Shown here piece by piece: positions 1-8,255 of a stretch of 11,854 nt of DNA. The notes under the pieces are model-generated. The model was given only the letters and a program-made list of their open reading frames with translations, had not been told where the DNA came from and searched no databases. Each line of letters begins with the position of its first letter. The first letter of the stretch is position 1. This DNA is from Octopus sinensis. Lineage: Eukaryota. Position numbers and translations under genes: made by a program. Location: assembly GCF_006345805.1 (NCBI RefSeq), contig NW_021826857.1, positions 1 through 11,854 of the forward strand, written 5' to 3'.

Positions 1-239
1 TGTGTGTGTGTGTTGTGTGTGTGTGTGTGTGAGTGTGTATGTGTATGAGTATGTCTATATAAACACACACACCAGATACATACAAACATACACACATACA
101 GATACACACAACCACACATATATCGATAGGCATATAGGTAGATTGGCAGATAAAAAGATATGTATAGATATTCAAAGGCACACATATTACATATAGTAAT
201 ATATTAATAATCATATATAAAACCATTACCTACGAACAT

Positions 240-274
<35 letters not shown>
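1..274. repeat. Compound microsatellite/low-complexity tract (TG, CA/ACAT, TA)
   Basis: Direct reading: (TG)n at the start, CA-rich units at ~60-125, (TA)n at ~239-274. Confidence 0.9.
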
Positions 275-275
<1 letters not shown>

Positions 276-675
276 AGGAGAGAGGGAGAGAGGAATTAAA
301 AATAGTTATAGTGAGGCATTGACAAATGTCTATAGAATTTGACAAATCTATTAACATTTAAGAATTCTTTCAAGTCACGGGGAAATTATGTGTTCATGGA
401 TGTGTGTGTGTATATATATATATACATACGTACATACATACAATGATCCTGTTCTTGTGTGTGTGTGTCCTCCTTTGATTTCTGTAGGCAATATGTCATG
501 ATTATTTATACCACTTATAAAACTACCATGCAACAACATTTAGTGTTATGACATGATGTCTCTAATAAACCCACCCCTGAGAAATATGCTCATCTATAAT
601 CCGTATGGTCTTGTGTTTTGTATTCGTAGAGCAGTTATTTATAAAAATGTCAACACATTACATATAAGAATGGCC

Positions 676-714
676 TATATATGTATATATATATATACAT
701 ACATACATACATAC

Positions 715-768
<54 letters not shown>
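676..768. repeat. (TA)n/(TACA)n microsatellite
   Basis: Direct reading. It explains ORFs 553..831 and 681..989. Confidence 0.95.
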
Positions 769-773
<5 letters not shown>

Positions 774-891
774 AATCCAAACGGGAAAACAAAAAACAAC
801 AACAATGGAACAATTACAGTATTATTATTAATAGGCGCTCAGGAAATGGAAGCAGGAGGGTATGACGTTTCGAGCGGAGCTCTTCGTCGGA

Positions 892-892
<1 letters not shown>
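769..892 (-). mobile_element. Short terminal fragment of a probable Penelope-like element, bracketed by (TA)n arrays
   Basis: Minus strand starts ttCCGACGAAGAGCTCCGCTCGAAACGTCataccctcc, matching the minimal-hammerhead pattern of Penelope-like terminal repeats. A pyrimidine/T-rich tail follows. TA arrays lie on both sides. Family assignment is by motif only. Confidence 0.55.
864..890 (-). ncRNA. Minimal hammerhead ribozyme-like core (U4C variant, stem I essentially lost)
   Basis: CCGACGA-A (890-883), stem II GAGC/GCTC with a 3-nt loop, GAAAC (871-867), GUC (866-864). Palindromic ACGT stem III. Confidence 0.5.
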
Positions 893-924
<32 letters not shown>

Positions 925-1260
925 CACACACTCACACCTATATACAGTTCCTATGCGTGTTTCTCCCTTGTGGTAGGTTAATCCAATAAAGTGTTCCCTG
1001 AGGATTCGTTGTGTTTGAGCATCTGGATGCAGTTGAAACATCCATCGCAAAGCTTCACAGAATTATAACAGTGAACTACGCGCAGGAACTTTGATATAAA
1101 TCAATGTTTCACCGCATTTTCTATACATTTGCTACGTAATTCGTAACTGGTAGCACTACTAAGTATAGCAATTAATTAACATCTATAATTGAAACAGACT
1201 AGATTATGTAAAGAATAAAGTTTAATAACAAATCCATCTTTTCATTACTTAATATATATA

Positions 1261-2572
1261 TCTATTTATCTAGTTTCAGCTCACAAGCTGTGGCCATGCT
1301 GGGGCACCGCCATTTGGTGTTGCTACATGATTTTACTTCACGAATGCCCTCTAGCAATTGCCATTTGGTGCATGAGAGAGTTTGATGCAGCTGCCCTCAT
1401 CTGCACCTCCTGCTGTGAAGTTGTTTCATCTGGGACACCTGATAAGAAGAGATCCAGTTTCATTTTAAAGATATCTGCATCCACCCTATGCAGGTCTCTT
1501 AGGTTCTTCGGGAGGATATTTAAGAGCTGTGGGCCTCGGAAGCCCAGGCTATCACAGTATCTAGTTCTACATCTTGATGGCAAATTTGGAGTCCTTGGCA
1601 CTATGCAGTGGCGCCCAGTTCTGGCATTTGTGTAACTCTCGATGCCAAAGTTTGGGACAAGTCCTTCTAGGATCTTCCAGATGTATATTATGGCATATCT
1701 TTCTCGCCTACGCTCTAAGGAATAGAGTCTCAATCTCTTGAGTCTTTCCCAATAGCTTATATGCTGCACAGAGGCTATCTTCGTGTAGCTTCGTTGGATC
1801 GCCTCAAGTTCTGTGATTAATTTGACACTGGATGGTGACCATAGCTGAGAGCAATAGTCAAAGTGGCTTAGGACAAGTGTCCTCCAGAGGACCATCATGG
1901 TTTCCTGGTCTCTTGTTCTGAAGGTTCTAAGAATCCATCCGGTCAGCCGCATACATTTCATTGCCAGTTTAGCAACATGCACATGAAAGGTTGCATCATC
2001 AACCGAGGTCTCGTACTGATTGTGCCTCTGGGATTGCAATCCCTCCAGGTCCAGTGTATTTATTGAGTATTGCATTTAGTTTTGCGTGCTGATAGCATAG
2101 AGCTTGAAACTTTTCAGCATTGAACTGAATGCTATTCTTTTCAGCCCACTTGTATATTTTGTCCAGCTCACATTGCAGGTGTTTAGTGTCTTCAGGGTTC
2201 TGTATTGCCTGTGAAACTTTTGTATCATCTGCATAACTTGTGATCGTGGCTCTCTGCGTGGCTGAGAGCTTGTCTGAGAGGGCCATTATGAACAGTAGTG
2301 ATCCCAAAACTGTGCCCTGCGGAACACCGCTCACTATTTGCGTGTTTGTGGAAGTGGCCCCATTGGCTACTACCACCCGACTTCTGTCCTTCAGAAAGTC
2401 ATGAAGCCATTCTCCCAATTTTCCAACTATGCCAAGATTACGCAGTTTGTGACATAGCATTCCATGATCGACTTTATCAAAGGCCTTTGCAAAGTCGAGA
2501 TATATGACTTCCACATTTGAGTGGTTGAGCAGTCGTTTCAGCACCCAGTCATAGTGTTGTAGGAGCTGAGTT
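1261..2572 (-). mobile_element. 5'-truncated non-LTR retrotransposon (CR1/L2-group LINE), RT region through 3' tail
   Basis: Minus-strand peptides YLDFAKAFDKVDH, SGVPQGTVLG, SYADDTKV, QFNAEKFQ, VRDLG, YCSQLWSP, LYSLERRRER, FKMKLDLFL. Short 3' UTR ending ggcggtgccccagcatggccacagcttgtgagctgaaactagataaataga. TA repeats on both sides. Confidence 0.95.
1338..2571 (-). pseudogene. LINE ORF2 reverse transcriptase C-terminal half, frameshifted at ~2001
   Basis: ORF 1999..2544 (RT core, YADD) ends at VRDLG*. The homology continues DDATFHVHV in the frame of ORF 1338..2075, so there is a small deletion near 2001. The frame extends upstream to TQLLQHYDW at 2571. No endonuclease domain is present. Confidence 0.9.
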
Positions 2573-2591
2573 ATATATATATATATATATC

Positions 2592-2623
<32 letters not shown>
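2572..2623. repeat. (TA)n microsatellite
   Basis: Direct reading. Confidence 0.95.
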
Positions 2624-2624
2624 C

Positions 2625-2763
2625 TTAGCGTTCGGCAAATGAGATCGATAGAATAAGTACTAGGCTCACAAAGAATAAGTCCTGGAGACGATTTGCTCGA
2701 CTAAAGGCGTTGCTGCAGCATGGCCACAGTCAAATGACTGAAACAAATAAAAGAGTAACAGAG

Positions 2764-2764
<1 letters not shown>
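2625..2764 (+). mobile_element. 3' part of a SINE whose tail resembles the LINE 3' end
   Basis: 2706-2729 matches the LINE 3' UTR (1311-1288, minus strand) at 21/24 nt. It ends in an A-rich tail aaacaaataaaagagtaacagag. Its middle resembles the SINE body at 4826-4882. Confidence 0.8.
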
Positions 2765-2821
<57 letters not shown>

Positions 2822-2848
2822 ACATATACATATATATATGTGTGTAAG

Positions 2849-2893
<45 letters not shown>
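2765..2893. repeat. (TA)n-rich microsatellite
   Basis: Direct reading. Confidence 0.95.
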
Positions 2894-2894
<1 letters not shown>

Positions 2895-3104
2895 TTGGTG
2901 AAATAGAAAGATGAATAATCTTGTGGCAGATTAATCAAAAGTTTAACCGATACCTTGGTAGCAAAAATCACAGCAGCAGACGACAGCACGGTTGGAGGTA
3001 CAACCATATGGTGTTGCAACCGTGCGTTGGTGCGGATAATTGAATTTTAATATTATTAGTGAATTGAGAAATGGAGTTGAACGAAGATTGAACAGAAATC
3101 GTTT

Positions 3105-3197
3105 TATTGCATTCTACACGTTTTTCGAAAGCCACAATTTACCAAATTCCGATTGAATAAGGAGACCATATTGTGTCTTTCTCTTCAGGAAGAAATA
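3105..3197 (-). ncRNA. Type I hammerhead ribozyme motif, mirror copy with a stem III substitution
   Basis: Mirror of 3365-3457. CUGAAGA is at 3188-3182. GAAAC reads GAAAA because of the T at 3122. Confidence 0.6.
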
Positions 3198-3364
3198 GGA
3201 ATTCCGTTGGCAAAAACAAAAACAGAACAGAGGCGCAGCAAAACAAATCGAACGAGGCTCCTAAGAGCCCATGGCCAAACTGTTTTGCCATGGGCTCTTA
3301 GGAGCCTCGTTCGATTTGTTTTGCTGCGCCTCTGTTCTGTTTTTGTTTTTGCCAACGGAATTCC

Positions 3365-3457
3365 TATTTCTTCCTGAAGAGAAAGACACAATATGGTCTC
3401 CTTATTCAATCGGAATTTGGTAAATTGTGGCTTTCGAAACACGTGTAGAATGCAATA
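3365..3457 (+). ncRNA. Type I hammerhead ribozyme motif with intact catalytic core
   Basis: CUGAAGA 3374-3380. Stem II GAAAGACACAAT 3381-3392 pairs with ATTGTGGCTTTC 3424-3435 (11/12 bp, G10.1-C11.1 closing pair). GAAAC 3436-3440, ACGT, GUA 3445-3447. Stem I TTC/GAA plus TATT/AATA. Predicted cleavage between 3447 and 3448. Confidence 0.75.
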
Positions 3458-3513
3458 AAACGATTTCTGTTCAATCTTCGTTCAACTCCATTTCTTCAAT
3501 TCACTAATAATAT

Positions 3514-3593
<80 letters not shown>

Positions 3594-3600
3594 AAGCGAG
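3514..3600. repeat. (TA)n then (GA)n microsatellite
   Basis: Direct reading. Confidence 0.95.
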
Positions 3601-4186
3601 AGCTTTAGATATATGCATATACATCATGCATACACACAAACATGCATATATATGTGCGTGTGTACATACACGCATATATGTATAGGATGAAAACGGTAAA
3701 GATGTGAAATGTAAGAAAAATTATGAAGAAAAGAAATTGTAATTAAAACGATACAATAATCAATAATCAATTGTAAATGTAAATAAAAGTCAAAAAGAAA
3801 AAGAGGGATGAAATGACACGAAAGAATTAAGATAATGGCGTGAATCAATTAAACAAATATAAGGATGAATATGGTATAAGTTTCTGGATTATTGAATTTA
3901 TTATTTAATTATAATTTGAATAATATATTTATGCAATACATTGAGGTTGTACACAATTTCCTATAACAATATCAGAAATACCAATATTAGTTTTAAATAT
4001 GGTGATTAAAATATAATTTTAAGCGATATTTATCTTTAGTAATTAGGTGGAGGAAGGATTCAACATGAGAAAGAACCAAAAACAATAACCAAAGGAGACA
4101 TAGCGATGAATATGTTATTAGTTTGACGCTTCAGAATAAGAAATGGAGTATCTTAACTTTTCGGATATTAGGCTTTCATCAGATAT

Positions 4187-4576
4187 GGATGGAAGCACTC
4201 CGTCGGTTACGACGACGAGGGTTCCGGTTGATCCGAATCAACGGAACAGCCTGCTCGTGAAATTAACGTGTAAGTGGCTGAGCACTCCACAGACACGTGC
4301 ACCCTTAACGTAGTTCTTGGGGATATTCAGCGTGACACAGAGAGTGACAAGGCCGGCCCCTTGAAATACAGGTACAACAGAAACAGGAAGTAAAGTGAGA
4401 GAAAGTTGTGTGAAAAAAGATACAGCAGGGATCACCACCATCCCCTGCCGGAGCCTCGTGGAGCTTTTTAGGTGTTTTCGCTCAATAAACACTCACAACG
4501 CCCGGTCTGGGAATCGAAGCCGCGATCCTATGACCGCGAGTCCGCTGCCCTAACCACTGGGCCATTGCGCCTCCAC
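4187..4576 (-). mobile_element. Full-length tRNA-derived SINE (390 bp) with 11-bp target-site duplication
   Basis: The minus-strand 5' head has an A-box TGGCCCAGTGG (4564-4554) and a degenerate B-box GCTTCGATTCC (4520-4510). TSD TCATCAGATAT lies at 4176-4186 and 4577-4587. A related copy is at 10267-10546. Confidence 0.95.
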
Positions 4577-4784
4577 TCATCAGATATATAAAACAAGAGA
4601 AGGGAGCATGAGACAGAAAGAGAGGGAGGGAGAGAGAGGCAGATGTGAAATAGTGCGTGGAGCGTAAAAAGAGATGATATTTTAAAGCAATAAAGGAAAC
4701 TGATAAAATATTGTAAAAGTTAAAACAAATAGAGGAAAATTGATAGCCAAATTTGTAGGGAAGTAGATAGGTACGTTGGTACCT

Positions 4785-4950
4785 CTGAGTTCAAATTCCG
4801 CCGAGGTCGACTTTGCCTTTCATCCTTTCGGGGTCGATAAATTAAGTACCAGTTACGCACTGGGGTCGATATAATCGACTTAATCCGTTTGTCTGTCCTT
4901 GTTTGTCCCGTCTGTGTTTAGCCCCTTGTAGGTAGTAAAGATATAGGTAT
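4785..4950 (+). mobile_element. 5'-truncated tRNA-derived SINE (B-box, conserved middle, unique tail)
   Basis: B-box-like GTTCAAATTCC at 4789-4799, followed by gccgaggtcgactttgcctttcatcctttcggggtcgataaattaagtaccag. I recall this as a very common octopus SINE body (not searched). No A-box. Confidence 0.8.
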
Positions 4951-4987
4951 AGAGATATTGCGTGTTAAAAAAATGTGATATGTAAAT

Positions 4988-5035
4988 ATGCGTGTGTGTG
5001 TGTGTGTATATATATATACATACACGCGCACACGC

Positions 5036-5115
<80 letters not shown>
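4988..5115. repeat. Compound (TG)n/(TA)n/(CA)n microsatellite
   Basis: Direct reading. Confidence 0.95.
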
Positions 5116-5317
5116 GAAGAGAGAGGGGGACAGAGAGTCAGAGAGAGAAAACAGACAGATTTACAGACAGATAAGATATACAGGAAGGTAAAAAAAAATA
5201 TATTGATGGACAAAAATATAGGTAAGATAAAAGCGAGAGACAGACAGATACTACAAGGGCCATTCAGTCAACCAGCCTTACAGCAAACCAGACAGCTAGC
5301 CAACCTGCCAGCCAGCC

Positions 5318-5389
<72 letters not shown>

Positions 5390-5484
5390 GGTCAGATAGA
5401 CATACAAATAGACAGAGAGAAGGCAGATAGAGAGAAAGCAGAGAGAAGACAGACAGACAGACAGATAGGTAGTTAAATAGATAA

Positions 5485-5552
<68 letters not shown>
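5318..5552. repeat. Two (GATA)n arrays separated by a GACA/GA-rich spacer
   Basis: (GATA)n at ~5318-5388 and ~5475-5552. Confidence 0.95.
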
Positions 5553-5553
<1 letters not shown>

Positions 5554-5719
5554 GGAGTAGATAGGTCGGTAGGTAAGTAGATGTTTCCATAGAAAGATAG
5601 CTACATATAGAGGTAAATATATTTTCTTATGAATGAAGACGAGAAAGGCCGAAAGAAACGACAAGATTTACTTAGCAATGAAGTAACCAAAGCAGTAAAA
5701 CTTTAATATTTAGTCTCCA

Positions 5720-7200
5720 GTATCATCATTATCATCATCATCATCACCATAATCATATCCTCCTCCTCTTCATCATCATCATCATTCTCATCATCCTCAT
5801 CTACCCTCTCATCATCATCATCATCCTCGTCGTCATCATCATTATCCTCCCCCTCTAACTCCTCCTCCTCCTCCTCCTCCTCCTTCTCCTTGTCATCCTT
5901 ACCATCCCCCTCCTCCTCACAATCATCATCTACCGCCTCCTCCTCCACCTCCTCCTCCTCCTCCTCATCATCATCATCCTCGTCGTCATCATCATTATCC
6001 TCCTCCTCTAACTCCTCCTCATCCTCATCCTCCTTCTCCTTGTCATCCTTACCATCCTCCGCCTCCTCACAATCATCATCTACCCCCTCCTCCTCCACCT
6101 CCTCCTCCTCATCATCATCATCATCATCCTCGTCGTCATCATCATTATCCTCCTCCTCTAACTCCTCCTCATCCTCATCCTCCTTCTCCTTGTCATCCTT
6201 ACCATCCTCCTCCTCCTCACAATCATCATCTACCCCCTCCTACTCCACCTCATCATCATCATCATCATCGACATCATCCAACATTGTTCCAAATTTATCC
6301 CAGTTCCTCTCCTTCTTGCCTATCACATCTCCTTACGGTTGTCCACATCATCATCATCATCACGACCAGAATTCTCTTTCTTTTCGTCGTCCTCACCGCA
6401 TCTTCTCCGCCGCCACATTCCAAACTCACGATTGTCGCCACTCCACCATTACCATCATTACTACCACAACTACGGCAAGCAACGTCCCCCCACGCGACTT
6501 CTCGGATCTAGCACCATCATTAAGACAATCTTCTTACATCTTCTTCTCACCGTCATCATCATCATCATCATCAGCACCATCATCTACATCATCACCATCA
6601 TCATCATCATCATCATCAGTAGAGGCAGCAACAGTAGCATCGGTTTCCTCCAATTTCATCTCCTCTACCTCCACCTCCTCCTCTCCTCCTCCTCCTCATC
6701 ATCATCATCATCACCATCACCACCATCATCATCATCACCAGCAGCAGCAGCAGTAGCAGAAGCTGTAGCAGCAGCTTCTCCACCTCCTCCTCATCATTAT
6801 CATCATCATCATCATAACTATTATCATCCTTCTCCACCTGCTCCTCTTCATCATCCTATCATCATCAACATCCCTCTCCGCATCCTCCTCATCATTATCA
6901 TCATAACTACCACTTTCACTGTCCTCACATTCATTGACAACAAACTCACTCCTACTCTTACAACACCACCACCACCACCACCACTCCCACCGCCACTACC
7001 ACCACCGCCACTACCACCACCACCACTACCACCACCCCCACTACCACCACCCCCACCCCCACCACCACCACTACCACCACCACCACTACCACCACCACCA
7101 CACCCACCACCACTACCACCACCACCACACCCACCACCACCACTACCGCCACAAACAGCCACCAACAACTACGACCACAACAACAACAATACCAAAATAT
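5720..7200. repeat. Degenerate trinucleotide low-complexity block (TCA/TCC/CCA/CAC)
   Basis: The plus strand is C/A/T-rich and G-poor. It generates poly-Ser/His/Pro (+) and poly-Asp/Glu/Gly/Val (-) ORFs. Confidence 0.9.
5809..6252. repeat. Three tandem copies of a ~150-bp unit
   Basis: The marker cctcgtcgtcatcatcattatcc occurs at 5825, 5978 and 6128 (periods 153 and 150). Each unit also has ctctaactcc, ttctccttgtcatccttaccatcc and cacaatcatcatctacc. Confidence 0.95.
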
Positions 7201-7222
7201 CAAAATCACCATCAAACCATCT

Positions 7223-7290
7223 CAGCCCAGCCCAACCCAGCCTAGCCCGGCCCAGCCCGGCCCAGCCCAGGCCAGCCCAGGCCAGCCCGG
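7223..7290. repeat. Pentanucleotide (GCCCA/GCCCG)n array
   Basis: About 13 imperfect 5-bp units. Confidence 0.9.
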
Positions 7291-7445
7291 CGCAGAGGCT
7301 CTCCTCGCCCCCCCAGCTCCATCGCCAACACCAGGCAAACAGGAGCTGTAGTGTTTCAGCGGTGAGATAACAAATCATTGTGACTAGCTGTAGGCATCTC
7401 CAGAATTAATAGCTCGCTACACACCACCTCCACAACACAAATACA

Positions 7446-7447
<2 letters not shown>

Positions 7448-7521
<74 letters not shown>
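7448..7521. repeat. Perfect (CA)n microsatellite
   Basis: Direct reading. Confidence 0.98.
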
Positions 7522-7523
<2 letters not shown>

Positions 7524-7589
7524 TAACAACAATGACTGCTACTACTGTAATAGCAATAACAAACATGATAACATGATAAGCAAAATTAC

Positions 7590-7707
7590 ACACACAGACA
7601 CGCACACACACGTATATACATGATTATGTGCACATATACATGTATATATATACATGTATATATATGCATATATATATATACATATATATATATACATATA
7701 TGCATAT

Positions 7708-7747
<40 letters not shown>

Positions 7748-8140
7748 GTATATATACATATATATACATGTATATATGCATCCATATGTGTGTATTTATG
7801 TGTGTCTGTGTATATGCATGTTTATATACACATATACATTCACATACACAACACACACCAGTAAAGTTTGACAAGATTTGTGAAAAGTAGGAGGGCAAAG
7901 CACAATACACGTGTAACTTATAAATAAATACGCATACATAAAACACAATAAGCATACCTACAGATACATACATACACACACACACAAACACACACACATA
8001 TGTATATGTGTGTGTGTAAAAACGCGCACACATATGTGTATATATGTATATATATGTCTCTGTATATATATATATTTTATCTGTCTATCTATCTATCTAG
8101 CCATATACACACACGCGCGCGCACAGACACACACACACAT

Positions 8141-8192
<52 letters not shown>
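7590..8192. repeat. Compound TA/TACA/TG/CA microsatellite field with a short unique spacer (~7855-7960)
   Basis: Direct reading. It explains the Tyr/Ile/His-rich ORFs. Confidence 0.9.
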
Positions 8193-8255
8193 ATAACATT
8201 AGCGTCTTATGAAGCTAAATTTATAAGTTCTAAAATTGCAGAAAAGTCGTTACTG

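Larger units (their letters stand above)
2894..3515. mobile_element. Probable Penelope-like element terminal repeat in fold-back (inverted) arrangement, with a one-sided ~150 bp extension
   Basis: A palindrome carries hammerhead motifs with a palindromic stem III, followed by AATAAA. The left arm continues into unique sequence 2894-3047. Both ends abut (TA)n. No RT or GIY-YIG coding sequence is visible, so the family call is an inference. Confidence 0.6.
3048..3515. repeat. Near-perfect inverted repeat, arms 233/234 bp, 1-nt spacer at 3281
   Basis: Manual arm comparison finds three differences: a mismatch near the centre (ggccaaac vs ggcaaaac), a mismatch at 3122/3440, and a 1-nt indel (gagaa vs gaagaa) near the outer end. 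Confidence 0.98.

Noticed and set aside
2-989. ORFs 2..196, 553..831 and 681..989
   Set aside because: They are translations of TG/CA/TA microsatellites (Val-Cys, Tyr-Ile, His-Thr runs) with no domain signal.
998-1042. CTGAGGA...GAAACATC as a fourth hammerhead
   Set aside because: There is no stem II closing pair, no stem I complementarity and no GUH triplet.
1327-2507. Plus-strand ORFs 1327..1635 and 2298..2507, and the first ~24 aa of ORF 1338..2075
   Set aside because: These are antisense shadows or out-of-frame read-in of the LINE ORF2.
3153-3442. Two near-identical 74-85 aa ORFs on opposite strands
   Set aside because: They are mirror products of the palindrome with no recognisable motif.
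4040-4126. Possible small exon (AG|GTGGAGGAAGG..., peptide GGRIQHEKEPKTITKGDIAMNMLLV*)
   Set aside because: Weak pyrimidine tract, no recognisable protein and no convincing donor.
4769-4784. Small inverted repeat AGGTAC-GTTG-GTACCT at the SINE 5' junction
   Set aside because: A six-bp stem is within chance expectation; at most a junction repair scar.
5809-6252. CRISPR-like array
   Set aside because: The units are contiguous low-complexity duplicates without unique spacers, in a eukaryotic context with no cas genes.
5890-7370. Long Ser-rich (288 aa) and His/Pro-rich (343 aa) plus-strand ORFs as host genes
   Set aside because: TCA/CCA/CAC repeats lack stops by composition. Several overlapping frames are open on both strands and no folded domain is present.
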